Assembly (NCBI GenBank): GCA_964276515.1
Contig: OZ193909.1
Coordinates: 12,338,001 to 12,402,000, forward strand
Length of the DNA: 64,000 nt
Origin: Gordius albopunctatus
Lineage: Eukaryota
Reading direction: 5' to 3'
The notes beneath the pieces are model-generated. The model searched no databases. It saw only the letters and a list, made by a program, of their open reading frames with translations, and had not been told where the DNA came from. The translations under genes and the position numbers were made by a program. This document shows positions 1 through 13,908 of the stretch, one piece after another; position 1 is the first letter of the stretch; each line of letters starts with the position of its first letter.

Positions 1-237
1 CTATTCATGGTAAAGGAGACCACATATTAATAAAAAGTAAAACATGGGTAATTAAATAAGCTACATTAATAAATTAAACTTTATGATAACTGAGATGAGC
101 TTTACTTTGTTTACTATTTCAATATATATTATATCAAAATGTAGTGAAGTTTGACAAACTAAATTTTAAGCAAAAAAAGTTATTCAAATATTTTTATAAG
201 AGATGAGTTAATATAAGAGTAAATTGTCAGATTTAGA

Positions 238-737
238 TCATTTATCAGACTTTATTCTTAAAATTAATGAACAATCATCACAATAAATAATATAATCATC
301 TTGAATAGTTGTAATTTGATCAATTTTCAATTCATATGAACTGCCACATCTGCAAGGATAAGTGTAAACGTTTTCAATAGGATCCCCCATATCAGAAAGC
401 ATTATCTGGAGATATTATTAAAATTTTATATATTAGATCTTATAAACCTTGTTTAAAATATATAACTAATACCTCATCATATACTATATCTTGATTATTG
501 TGCTGCAGATCATACATAAACCTAGATTTTTCATCCCGCAATATTTGCCACGCTTTAACAATTAAGAAATACTTTTGATAATCGTTGTCTAAATTTGTAT
601 TGTAAATTATATATACAAGTCATACCACCACATTTGTCAGGGTGATAAAGCTTAATTAAATCATGATATGCTTTTTTGATATCAATAAGAGTTGCATTTT
701 TATCAATTTTTAAGGTCTCGTATGGATTAACATGCAT
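238..737 (-). CDS. DNAJC24: J-domain + CSL zinc-finger protein (diphthamide biosynthesis protein 4), 3 exons: 737-626, 588-473, 405-238
   Basis: J-domain with HPD (LYHPDK), then KAWQILRDEKSR.MYD and CSL finger YTYPCRCG...YCDDCSL. Two GT-AG introns (589-625, 37 nt; 406-472, 67 nt) restore the frame. Confidence 0.92.
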
Positions 738-1859
738 TATCTAAATATATAGACAGGGTCCTCATAAACTAATCGAGGCATAGCAAACAAATATGTAATA
801 AAAAGACAAGATAATGGTCGATGCTATACGATCCAATTTTCGGACTATGTAAGCTTTTTTACTCGGTATAAAAAACGAAGCATCTGATTTTTTTTAATTC
901 GAAAATTTTTAGGTAATTGTAATGGTAACAACAGACCATTATAATTATATTATTTTATTGCCTAGAAATAGGATTAAAAAAATAAAAAAATACAGTTTTA
1001 AGAATCACACCATGACAATTGTGCAGCTAGGGAGGGGGCGAAGGCTCCTCCCATTAAGAGCAAAATCCTGGCCCCTCCGCCCCCAAAGAAAAAATCCTTA
1101 CTTTTTTGGCCTCCCAAGCAATTTTGATATATAAAAATTTAATTAATAATAATTATTTTTATTAGTTTCAGAATTAAGAATGTAATTTAATTGTCATTTT
1201 TGGCATTTTGAAATAACTAATATGATGATTATTTCTAAATTAATTAAAAAATGTCATAATTAAAAATTCTTTAACTTTCCCTTGTATCCTATCGCATATC
1301 TTTTTTATTTAAATATTGTTTTACAAAACGGTAGAATGTACGAAGGCCCTTCCGTGCCCTTCAAAATTAATTTTTTAAATAGAAAAACGGTGATAATTTG
1401 TCCTTACCTTTTGTCTATAAAACTGCTTATTTGTGTAGATAGACAGGAGTTAATGACACTTCAAAAAACAGCATTGCTAAATATTTTTTAAATCTTGAGG
1501 AAAATTTAGAATTTATTATTGAGGGGAGTGAAGCTCAATACATATATTTGATCAACATTTTTTTTTAAATGAAAAAACTATTAACTCAACTTTTTAGTAT
1601 AAAATTACTTTATAAAACGATTTAGGTTTCATAATTTGTTTACCATAAACATGGGTTTCACAGCCTTCCAATAATAATAATTTTATAATCTTATTCTTTA
1701 ATAGCTTTGCGACATAAAATTGCGAAAGGATACATGTCTTCTTAAAAATCGTATATAAAATGTTTTTTGTTTTGGTAGTTTCACATTTACAAACCTTTAT
1801 TAATTTATGATACATGACGGTAATTTATAAATAGTATTTAAAAATGGCATTAATTCCTC

Positions 1860-2570
1860 AGGGGAAGATAATTATTTAATCTTTTTCATCAAATACGGCA
1901 AACCTTTTCATTACCATTTTAATGAGCTTGCATAATTTACCGGATGAATCGCTGCATTCTTTTAACTTATTAAAAAGTAGCAGATCTTTCAATCTTACCC
2001 TAAATATAACATTCAGTAAAAATTAAATTTTTTGTAAATGCTGTCTCCTCTTAACGGTGTAAGGGACGCACGTGGACGAGTCTTTCAATTACTCTACCCA
2101 AAAAATCATATTACTATAATTATTAATTGACTCCAAAATCATCTAAAATCTTTAGGGCGATTTCTGAGTTTTTAATAAAAATTTATGTATTAAAGCCTTT
2201 TTCCAGATGGCGGACACTGCCCGGGTCTAAATCATCTAAAGCCAATATTATGGCATAGACGCTGTTGTACGATTTGTATTTTTCCTTAAGTATCTAACAC
2301 ATTTAACACATATTCAAAGAATAATACTTCAATCACTGCCAATTGGTACAATAACCACAAAGCTCGATCTTTCGTGTTGATATTATTAAAAATCTGAGAT
2401 GCCCAGTCCATTAATTTTAATTTAAATCCCCATTGTCAAAATACAGCAGATAGCAATATAATCCAGTTTACTCAATCGACATTTCCATTTATATGGACTC
2501 CATTCAATCTGCGAAAGCTTCTCAAACAAGCTTTGATCCATGCTATGCAATAATGCCTGAATTCTTAATT
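1860..2570 (-). pseudogene. Decayed divergent RasGEF (CDC25-like) domain gene, copy 1
   Basis: Minus-strand translation gives LHSMDQSLFEKL, LMDWASQIF..KDRALWL, YKSYNSVYAIILAL..SVRHL, CVPY..RLKDLLLF in RasGEF motif order, with a small GT-AG intron, stops and frameshifts. Confidence 0.6.
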
Positions 2571-2874
2571 TTTAACATTTAGAAGTATATATTTACGGCT
2601 AGTTGATCGGGATCAAACTTTTCTAAGTGCATCGGAGCTGGTGACACCGAAGTCTTACACAGATGCTACTTTTCTTTAAAAGCAAATTTGGATTTCTTTC
2701 CAAATAGTAGCATTTCAAAAATTCTATACATTTAGGAAATATTTTGCTTATTAGTTTTATCAGTAAAAGTAATTAGAGCGATAAGAAGTTTAAATGATAA
2801 TAAAAGATCGTGTCATTCTAAGAATAGCACTCTATACATATTAAGTTTCCATCATGTAGTAGATGAATTATAAG

Positions 2875-4320
2875 ATTCCTGGTCGGCCCAGCCGAAGCAG
2901 TCCGAAAAATCCCAGAGATCCTCAATTGCTACGCAGACACAATATCGCTCAGCCTAAACACAGTGAAATGTGAGATATTCACTAAAAATCTCACAATCGA
3001 TAAACCCTCCCTACCATTTCCAATCATATCAAGAGATGACTTTCACTACTTAGGCGCCCCCATTGGAGGCGTCAAAACAACTGAAACATTCTTAGAGCAT
3101 TTTTCCGACTTAATTGACTCCATAACCCACACCCTGGAGCGTCTTACCCCCCACCATGCTTTTTTTCTCCTTAAAAACTTTCTCTTAATACCCAAAATTA
3201 ACTATGCTTTACGCGATTCGCCCGTCTTCCTAAGCGTTAACCTACTCCACGCGATCGAAAAAAAAACCAATTGTTAATCGAAAGGTACCTAAACTTCAAA
3301 TTTAGCCCTCTTCAATGGCTCCAAACCACCCTTCCCTCCAAGAATGGTGGTATAGGCATCCGACCCCCACCATTTACTCTCACTTGCAGGTTTCATCTCA
3401 TCCCGTTTATCAACGGATGAGTTAGTCAAACAAATTACTCACATCCATGACCCACACCTTGATAGCGCCTTTCTGGCATGCGAAGATCTCAAACTCGATT
3501 CCGCTACTCACCCAACTGGAACCACCCAAAAGGAATGGGGTTTACCACTGATAGCACGTTCAGTAGCTTACCTCACTTCGAACAACCTATCTTTGGGAAA
3601 TCTCCACTTCAATTGGACATCCTCCGCGGTTTACGAATGGCTCGAGGCCCTACCAAGCCAAAATCTAGGGTTGCACCTGTCGGGCGAGGAACTTCGAATA
3701 GCTGTAGGCCTAAGCCTCGGCTGCAAAATTGTATCCCCATTCATCTGCGACCTCCGTCGCCAACCCGTTTCAGCTAACGGCCATCATCCTCTACACTGCC
3801 AATTCAGCAAGGGGCGGCATCCCCGTCATGCCACAATAAATAAAATAATCGGACAATTTTTAAAGAAAGCCGGCTTTCCCAACTCAATTGAACCCAGTGG
3901 CCTAAACTACACTGATGGTAAAAGACCCGACGGTGTAACGATCATCCCGTGGGCTCGTGGCCTAAACGCCTGCTGGGACTTCACTACAGTTGATATATTT
4001 GCCAAATCTAACGCCTCTCCCGACCCCATCTCTTCCACTGAGAGAAAGAAAAAAAATAAATACAAATATCTAAGCAATTATATTTTAGTACTAGTAGTAG
4101 CCACGACCCTCGGTAACTTAGGTCCCGAGGGCAGCCAATTCCTAAAACAAATTTCAAAATATATAACCTCCATTACACACGATCCCAAAGAATACTTTTT
4201 TATCAGGCAAAAGATCACAATGGAAATCGTTAAATCCAACACGATTTCCATACACGGATCAATGCCATCCGTTTAGTTATAGCGCGTTTTTAATATTTTT
4301 TAGTCGTGTATGTAAAAAAA
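2875..4320 (+). mobile_element. 5'-truncated non-LTR retrotransposon with restriction-like endonuclease (CRE-like), frameshifted
   Basis: YLGAPIG (RT end), LP..NGGIGIR, Cys/His zinc motif (C...HHPLHC...RHPRH) and RLE motif KRPDG...W..G..ACWDFT. GC is higher than the flanks; 3' end is A-rich. Confidence 0.85.
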
Positions 4321-4894
4321 ACTCTCAAATTGGCCTACTTTTATATATATTTTCAAGCTCTTTCACATAAAAAAACAAAAAAATATTTTTTTATTTTATA
4401 ATATTAAAGTAGAGGCCAATCTTTCTAAACCATGTTTCTAACTGTTTAAAAATACTACATTTTAATTATTGTTAATAAAATCAAAGCTAAAAAATATTTA
4501 GTTTAGGCATTATAGTGAAATATTTCGCATTAAATATCATTTGTTGAATATAAGAAATGTACCCGGGTGCCAAAATTTAGAATGGGTAGCATCATAATTA
4601 ATGTAAGGTAAGTGGACAATTTTACAGCCAGGTTTTCTTACAATTTGGTATGAATCTAAGTAATATGTAGTTCTTCCAACTAGATTTTTTTCGCAAAAAA
4701 GGAAGAACTAAATACTTTTTAAATACGTCTAAAGCAGCGAAACGGACGGGTATCAAGTTTCTTTTTTCAATCAATTATATTAAAATAATTTTATTTAATA
4801 ACATTGCGGTATCCTTGTCGTATACCAAGATGTTATAATTACTAGCTACCCGGTTTTAATTTGCAATATTTAAACATAAGACTATAGTTGTAGA

Positions 4895-5183
4895 TCTTAT
4901 ATATAAAAATGAAACTATGTGTGAGTGTATATATATATCCCGTCACCAATTTTGGAAAACTACCAGACCGATTTGGCTCAAAATTTCACAGTTTATTCCT
5001 GACACTCCGGAGCATGTTTTAAGATTTGTTTGAGCCAAATCGGTCCAGTAGTTTTCGAGTATTCGTACGCGTTGCACTGTATACGGAAATGGAACCGCTT
5101 TATCATCATATATGCCCTAAAATTCCAACATAATGCAATACACCCGGGTAAATGGGAAAACAATGTTTGCCGGGTTCATCTAG
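4895..5183 (+). mobile_element. Short non-autonomous Helitron-type element
   Basis: A|TC start (tcttatatataaaaatg) and CTAG|T end. Internal ~27-bp inverted repeat 4957-4983 / 5029-5055. Confidence 0.7.
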
Positions 5184-6710
5184 TAATAATATATGAATGA
5201 TAGTTATAATAACGATTATCTTGATTCTCATATATGACACGACAAAGAGACGGCGATGGAAAAGAACTAGAGAAGATCGACGCAAAACGCTAGCGGCACC
5301 GCTTTAAAAAAGTAGAAGTGTTGGGAGTGTAAAGCAAAACTCTTGCCCCCAATGTGCTTAAAGATTAAAACCGACTCGGGCAAGACAACCCTATCTACGA
5401 AGGTCGGTAATGTTATAAACCCTCCTGAACCGAAATCAAAACTGGAGTGATATTGAATAGCCCCGCACCTTCGGATCCCCAATGAAAGGGTAAGATGTGG
5501 TATCCTTGTGGTAAACCAAGATGTTTTGAATTATTATTAACGTGCCCTATAATTAAAAAGGAGGTAATTTAAAGAGAAATGCAGATACCGCGGATTAACC
5601 CGGACTCAAAGGAGATTAAATTCCTCGAACTTCTAAACCTTGCCCTAATGTCTTAAAACGATAATTGTAAAAAAGAAAGAATTACGATTATTCCCCATCC
5701 ATATACATCCCAATTTCCTTCAAACGAAGGGCCAGAATTATAATTGGCATCTAAATAAATTTGATTTTAATTTTAGACATTGCTCACATTATTCTTTCTC
5801 AAACTTCTTAAAAATCTTTCGCAAATCATTTGCAAACATGTCCATTTTACAGCCATATCTGTACATATGGCATATGGTGGCGTCATCATCATACAATTAC
5901 GATGGAAATGGCTTAATTAGTCCCTAAATCTTAATTATCTCATCATTAACAACTAAAAATAGAGAGCTTCTAAAATTAATATTTTATATTATAAAAATAT
6001 TGAAGTGTAACATCAAAATAATATTTTTCCCCGTTTGACCCAAATTTATGGGATCCTAAATTGTTTCAACCACTATTAAAATAGGCATCACATAAATGAC
6101 ATATTAATTAAAAAACCAAATATCTGGGAGAAATTAAAAGGCTACTTAAATATTTACTCCTTTTCATGAACTTAGCCAGGAATTTGAATTAATAGGGGGC
6201 ACGGCCTTAAAAAATAACGTGGCAAAATAATAATTTTTTTTTAAATTTGAAGAGTTCGTTATATTTTAAAAAATTTTAAATTTTATTCTCGTTTTTTGGA
6301 TTAGATATATTGTAAATAAACATTATACAAACAAATAAAAATGTGACAGCAATACAAAAGGATAAAGCGTATAAAATAATTTTTTTTATTTGAATATAAT
6401 GAAGAAACTATTAATATTATTCAATTCTGAGAGTTTTAGCTAATTTGGAACATTTCTTTTAGAGTTATGGTATCAAGGTCAAAAATTAATTTTAGACATC
6501 AGTTGACGCTAAATTCATATTAATTTATAATTTAAAATAATTAAGGATATTCACTTTTAATTTTCAAATATAATTATAAATATTTTAAATACCATAAATG
6601 TTTTATGTTGCAGCTATGATAGTCATGAATAATATAATTCAATGAAAAATGTTGCTATAATGTCGCTGGAATTATCCCTTATGAGATGATAACATAGAAT
6701 CTATTTTAAA

Positions 6711-8541
6711 CTAGCTGTACCCGGCCAAGCGTTGCATTGGCTTAGTCCTTAATTAGCTGATTAATTATTACGTATTAATAAGACATATATTAAAGAATTT
6801 GGATCATCTTTAATAGAGTTTATGATCTAAAAGAAAATAATGCCATATTAATAATAAATAGCATTTAACTTAATAATAAAAAGGCATTTTAGTTAATAAT
6901 TACATAGATTTATAACAGTTTTAAATACGTATTAGGTAGTTTTTAATTTCATAGGTCATAGTACGATGTTTAGCGATAATATGCATAATTGGGTAACAAA
7001 AGTTTATATTTTATAAACAACTGGTGTATAAAATCAATGATAATTTTCGACAATGTAGAGAAAAAAATTTAGTAAGCATGTATGATAGTGTATTGTCATA
7101 ACCTAAAATCTATAGTATTAAACTTAGAAGATATTAAAAAACGCACCTACGAATTTGGTTTGATGCTTATACAATATTTGGTTGAATTTAGAATTAATTG
7201 GTAATAATAGAAATTTCCGCGAGTATACTGAAAGCGAAGAAGCGAAGAACTTATTTATGAGAAAAAAAATTAACAGCAAGCAAAATCTTATCGCAAATGA
7301 CTTTCTGTTGCAGCGTTAGCTTTGGAATGGAACATCATCCCCGTCTTAATACACGATTCAACTTCAAAGTGCCATATTATTTTTTGTCCAAATATGCGAT
7401 TTAAATGTCGTAGAATCAACAATTTCATTTGATTACCAATCGTATTTAAAGGATAAATATTTGTTTAATGAGCAAAAACACAAAAACAAATCATAAATGA
7501 CGTGACGCTTTTTTAAGACGCGGCTATGTTTTACCATGCATTGCTTTTTTAATCTAGATTCAAGATCGCATATTAAGACACTCCCTTAGATCGCATATAA
7601 GACAAAAGATACACTGGTTGTAATTTTGTTCACAATATAAGTAAACATCGAATGGAGCAGCAGCAAATCGATTTGGTATAGGCATACCCTGGTCAGAACT
7701 TTGTTTCCAATTTGTAAGCATAAATCTTCAAGAATAATTAAAGTTTCGTTATAATGTTGCATCATTTTAGGTAGGTTAACATTAGGATGTGCATACTGTT
7801 CCAATGAAAGATATCTTTTGCCATGTATGCTTTATATTTGTTCCATGAATTGGTAGGACATAACGGAGAGCAAGGGATCAATATGGCAAACAGTGCACGA
7901 ACTAATGCATTCATCCCAATGATTATCATACTCGAATACATAGCTTGGCACGCACTGTTAAAAGTGGAATGTGCAACGCCGTTGACCACTTTTAATTGGT
8001 AGAAACAAGTTGGACGGCGTACGTTAAGTAAAAGCATGCTAAGAAAAAACTCTCATCTTGATTGGTTAGTGTATAGTTGACCTATCGCATTATCAATATT
8101 AATAAATGAGTTTCCAAAAAAATACCAAAAAATAACCAAACGTGCGAATGTTTGCACGAGTGCGAGTTATTTTTATTTACAAAAAATGGTGAGGTTTTTA
8201 ATCATTCAGATTATTTATTTGTCAAAGGCTTTTATATTGTGAAACAAACGGGCGTAGTGTAATAAAAAATTGAGAAAATGATGCGTTAGTAGTGGAAAAC
8301 CTTTTAAGGCAATAATTTGCATCATTATGATAATATAAAAGCGTTGTATCTCTCATCCGCTAGAAGGCGGTAAGCACCACCAAAAAACAGGGTCACAGCT
8401 GTCGCAGGTCAATAAAAAATATATATAGACCCTCTAAGATGTTAAGGCAATAATCCGGTCATATTTGGTGGCAATTTGTCGAGAAATTAGGAGCTATTAG
8501 GGGACAAAAAAACGGACTTACATTTTTATATATAGAGAAGA
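6711..8541 (-). mobile_element. Internally deleted Helitron with RepHel fragments
   Basis: Minus-strand 5' TC (8541) and 3' CTAG (6711) at an A|T site. ORF pieces 7586-8037 (LLLNVRRPTCFYQLKVVNGVAHSTFNSAC) match the Helitron RepHel linker. 3' part is shared with the copies at 13909 and 28214. Confidence 0.85.
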
Positions 8542-8615
8542 TAGGTGTTACATTTCTACTATGTACTCACATTTCGCCCACGCATTAGTCCAAGTGTGGT
8601 TCATTCATTTAAACA

Positions 8616-11600
8616 ATGTTCCATACAAAAACTAAATTAGCAATGAAGCTTGAAATCGGAATGAAAGGATTTATATTAACTCATAATGCCTGTAAAAAGG
8701 AATGTGTTAGAGATGCATACCAGCTACTCAATCAGCATGCTAACTCTATATATGGTCCTGAGGAGGTATGTACTTTTGCTTTTTAAATTTCAAACTTTTT
8801 TTGATATAATGTTTTGTATTTAGCATGTCTTAATCACCAATATATTTTAAAATAATCTATCAAACGAAATTTGAATTTCACAATGTTTTTATACAGTAAA
8901 ACTAGGACTAATAAAATATATTGATAAAAAGTTTTGTATGTTCGTTCTTTATATATATAATCAAAAACAAAATTTGTTTTATAAAATTAAGTTAGCTTAT
9001 AATTTGATTTTACATAATTTTACGTTGTCTTAAAACACCTTTTCATTATTGTAACTAAGTAAATATATTATCTTGCTAATTCAAATTTTTCCCTAATAAA
9101 TTTAGTGTTTGTGCTATATGAATTATTAAATAATTATAAAATGTTTGTAAATTTTTGAGTATTATATAGGTTGCATTATAACAAAAATGTTTAGAATTAT
9201 AAAATAAAATTTTTACAATATATTAATATCTTTACTCTAATAATTAGAATCTCTTTAAGGATTGATTTCCAAAGTCCTGGTTGATATTAATTTTTAATTG
9301 TATAATTTTTATAAATTTTGCATAGCATTAAACACTGTCTAATATAATTAGTCTAAATTTTTGTTAGCCTAAACCTCAAAATTATATTTATTTTTGTATC
9401 CATTTTATGTGGTTGCCAATTTTTGTTTTCATTTATTTAATGTGATGCATGTTATGGAAGACTTTAATTTTACACCATTAATTCTACCTTGCTTAGTCAA
9501 AGGATCTTTTCAAATTTTAAATTAACACTTATAGTATAAAACCCTATAAAACTTCACAACTTTTTATAATTTTTTTTTCTTTCTTGATAAATTTTTGTCA
9601 CAATTTTTTCTTATCTACCACGAATTATCAGTTCATACTCATTTTCCTCCAGCTTTATAAATCTACTTAATTGTTTGTATATTTTTGTTGAAAATTTAAG
9701 GACTTTCCAATTAGTTTACTATACAAAATAAATATTGACATAAAAATTAACCACAAATGTAGAAATTTTTTGTTAAACTATTTTGATAGAGAATTTTTTA
9801 GGAACAAAATGCACTAAAATTTAAATGAATTTTTATTTTGGCCCTTTGAACGTCCTTAACTTAAAAAATAAAGGTCCAAAATGGCTAAAATTTTCAGAAA
9901 TGACTAAAATACATGAGGCATACACCCTTACTAAAAATGATCCATATCTGAGATGGTCAGTCCAAAATCGTCTTTTTTTAACGATTCGACATGAAAAAAT
10001 GGATGATCACCTATAAAATACACAATCTCCTTTCAATTTTTTTTTGATTTTAGGTCTTTAGCATTTTGAACACAGACCATTATAACTATCAAATACAAAA
10101 TCGGATACAATCTTTGTGAAATTATATTTTAATATGAAATATAAATATTTGAAAAGCATTATACACCCATTATAAAGGAACTCAGCCCATAAGAGTTGGG
10201 GTATATTATACCAATTTATTTGGCTCTTTTTTGTTTTTAAAACAGCCATCTCTCCTAGCCGTTTCTAAATATAAAAATTGGCACTTTTAATAAAAAAGAA
10301 CTTGGCATAAAATACATTTAACAATTTTCAATTTTGCACTAAAACCAAGCACTAACATAACGACTTGTTTTAGCCGTGATTGTCTTATTTCTTTTAAATA
10401 TATTTACAGAGATGTTTGAAAATTTTTAAGGCAATCACTTTATCAATCAGTTATTCATAGAAAAATGGATAAAATTAATCGTTTATTGCCAATGTACATT
10501 TAACCTATACACTTGTTTAATATAAGACAGAAAAAGATCAAGAAATAGAAACGGGCGAGGTAGATGTCGAAAAGAAATTGCAAGAAGAGATCGAAGCCAT
10601 TAAAAGTATCAAAAACAAGGATAGAAGATTCCAGAATGTCAAAACGAAATGCAAAAATTGTGTATTCATCTCAGCCAAGGTTTATTAATATTATTTTGAA
10701 CTATCATCCATAATAGTTCGCTCAAAACGAAAGCTCAATTGTCTTCTAGCATCTTACATTTAACGATATGTTTGTTATATGCAAAATTAAATTTTTTCTG
10801 CCCGAGCCCGGCCCGAGATCTCTGTTTTTGATTTGCCCGAACCCGAACTGCTTTTTTATTTTTAGCCCGACCCGAGTCCAATTGTTTTATTAAATTCTGC
10901 CCGGCCTGGGCCCGTGCAGGGCTCTACAGACAGTTGACAATTTTTAAATAAGGTTTGAGGCATTTATTATCAAACTAAACACTATATTTACTTTATTGAA
11001 TTTTATCAATTTTCAAAAATTAATATTAAGCTAACATGAACAAAAGTCCTTAAGAAAGGAGGCGAGGAATATTTAAAAGTACATTGTAGGTAATTAAAAT
11101 CAGTTAGAACATTCACATATTAGAGGCAATAATATGTTCTTTTTAAAAGAATCAATGCCACCATTTATTATATGGTTTCCTAAATTAATTCATAAGTTTA
11201 ATGGAAAGATGATTACCTGTTCGTCAGTTTATTGCATTATCAATTAGTGTACGGTTATACAGCTAGATATGATTGCCACCAGTGTTGTAAATAAAAACGC
11301 CTGGATTTTGTTTTGCTCGATCTTAGTGTTTTTTAAATTTCAACTAAGCCTAGAGTAGAGGTCGTCGACTAAGAAAAGCAGACGAAAAAACTTTTGATTT
11401 GTTCCTGTTTACTCAATTCTAAAATGCCGGAAAATATCGTAAATCTTGGAACTAATCGCTATTTCAACATTCAGGTAGAAGATCCGGTGTGCTTAGTAGA
11501 AAGCATTTTCCGAGCCATACGCGCGGATAAGTGCGTCAATTCGAGATACATTTACCGCATCATCCCCGTGCAATACACGTGTAAAGCCAATATGGCCGAC

Positions 11601-13389
11601 ATCACCAAAACTTTCACCAACTCCCTCGCTTCCCATTTCCCCACCACCTTTATACCCGAAAAAACTTATTTGGTGGTCGTGAAGGTTATTTTTCACTCGA
11701 ATAAATCTTTCACTTTCAGATCATATAAAAGCTGATATTTATGCGAGTTGCGGACAAATGTGTTTCGGAATTTGACATTTTTATGTGTAAAATTTTATGA
11801 AGTGGGGTCGACCTCCACTGGTTAGTCACCCTGAACGTAAAATCCCTAATATAATACCGTTCATAAGTTTTATTTCATAATTTTTATATTTCAGAAATCC
11901 ATAATATTTATAATTTGCTAATAGGAAGATTTAGAGTTGTTTTATTGATTTAGACTGGAGTTGATGGAGATGTTTATTGTGTGATTCGAGACATCCGTTT
12001 TTGGTGGAAAGAATGAGTAGCCTGAGTTTAGCGTGGGGTGGGGGTGTATCAGGGTCAGAACTATGGTCCCTGTTTTTGTATTAGTGGGCGTCTCGAGGCT
12101 GGATGAAAAAAAATTTGGACGGGTTCGGGCTGCAAAACTGTTTTGTAGGACTCTGCTCTGCCACTCATATTCTTCTTACACATAATGAATCGTTATTTTA
12201 GTGATGCTGCTGGGTTTTACATAATATGTGCCATTCCAAAACAAAATATTATTTGGTGGTGGGGGTTAGGGTTACAATTTATATTTGAGATGAAATTTGA
12301 GGAGCCTTTCTGGGTGGGGTTCAGGTTGGAAGAACCGAACTTGCAGAACTCCGCTTGACGTCAGCCATAGACGGCAGAATAAAAATAAGCGGTGTTTGGT
12401 ACTAGAGTTGGGGCGAGGTGGGAGGGCAATTTATGTGACCACGACAGTCTATAAATGTTTCTTTCTTTTAGACTCCTTCCTTTATTTTCCATAACAAAAG
12501 TTGAGAGGATAAGGTGAAGTAAATTGAAGCTTTGCCGCTTTACGGTTTTATGCTGCTTTGAATATTCAAGTTGGAGGATCAAAATTTGTGGACACCTTTA
12601 ATCCCAGTAGTAGTTCGACATTAGCAAAACACGTTTTAGCTTCGTTTATATTAATGAATTTTTTTGTAATGTTTGACAAAATTATATATTTTTAACCTAG
12701 CTTCTTAAGTTTGAATATATAAACCATAGGACTTGTTATATAAGCGAAGGGGAAGGGCCTTATATTTCTCCCGACCAAAAGTGCAAAATCTTCTAATTTT
12801 GATGATGCCCAAGAATTTTACAGCCTTTAATGATGTTGGTAGTTTATTAGAAATCAACAAGTTACAAAAACTTAAAGAATAAGCACTTTATATTTAAAAA
12901 TGATGTCGGGGCCGGAAGAAATGGATTTTGGCATCAGGTTTAGATCAGACAAATTTAATTCAATCAGTTTGAAATTTTTAGACGAAAATTTAGTCATCAG
13001 TATAGTAGTTTTCCAATATAAACCAACAAGTTAGACATTAAAAGTGAGCTAATAAATGGCTTAGAAATTAATTTTTAATCAAAAAAACCTGGTCTTTTGG
13101 GTATGTTGGGGTACATAATATTTAACGCATTTTGTTTACACAGGTTCGTAACAACAATTCGATCGGTCGGGACGAAATAATAGGAATGGTGGGTAAAGCG
13201 ATCAAGGAACAAAACGAATCGTATTGTGCTAACTTGAAGCAGCCCCACACCACTATTCTCTTCGAAATATTGTGTACCATTTGTTGCATTTCTTACGTCC
13301 AAAATTATTTCGAATACCACAAATTTAACATGTTGGAATACTTATCAGCTTTACAGCGGCCAGATGCCCAGAATAAAGATGATGATTAA
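8616..13389 (+). CDS. THUMPD1: THUMP domain protein 1 (Tan1; tRNA acetylation adaptor), 4 exons: 8616-8765, 10527-10679, 11475-11684, 13144-13389
   Basis: LEIGMKGFILTHN..KECVRDAYQLLN..YGPE; RRFQNVKT..NCVFI; SRYIYRIIPV..TCKA; VRNNNSIGRDEII..ANLKQP..YHKFN. All introns are phase-0 GT-AG. Confidence 0.92.
9865..9998 (-). mobile_element. Degenerate terminus related to the TIR of the 38259-42245 transposon
   Basis: Reverse complement resembles 38263-38390 (catgtc..cgt.aaaaaaaagacgatttt.g..c.accatctcagat...atttctgaaaatttta.ccattttgg). Confidence 0.6.
10780..10926. mobile_element. hAT MITE remnant (TAGAGCCCTGCA family) in THUMPD1 intron 2
   Basis: cccga/gcccg subterminal repeats; ends in tgcagggctcta. 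Confidence 0.75.
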
Positions 13390-13449
13390 CTGTGTTATTA
13401 AAGGTGCACTTTCCCTTAACACTTCACAAGATTGTATATCGGAGTTAAT

Positions 13450-13577
13450 CATGGGCGTAACAAAGGGGGGGGGCTCTAAATCAAAAAATTGTTGAAATTT
13501 ATTAGAATTATGGGGCTAAAATTCAAAAAATGATGATTTTGCCCCCCCCTCTAATTCCAATAGTGGTTACGCCCATG
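13450..13577. mobile_element. ~130-bp MITE (CATGGGCGTA TIR family)
   Basis: catgggcgtaac...gttacgcccatg with G/C runs; near-TSD gagttaat/gaggcaat. Confidence 0.75.
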
Positions 13578-13908
13578 GAGGCAATGTCTAGAACGTATGG
13601 ATTAAATGAAACTTAACCATTAACTTAGGGCGGAAAACTTTTTTGATAGGGTTTAAATTGCAATCGTACTCACAGTCACAACCATAAATGGGTACACCCA
13701 TCTTGTTTAAATTTTTCTGATAGCAATCAGTTTTGGAAAAAATTAACTGATCGACTAGACTACATGATTGAGAAGGTATTAAAGGAATTTGGGGACGTAT
13801 CTAACCTACTAAACAATAATGTGGATAATTAATTTTTTATAAACTCAAATAAGAAATAAAATGATAAATTTAAATAAAAACTTGTTTCTTAAGTCTTTTT
13901 ATATATTA

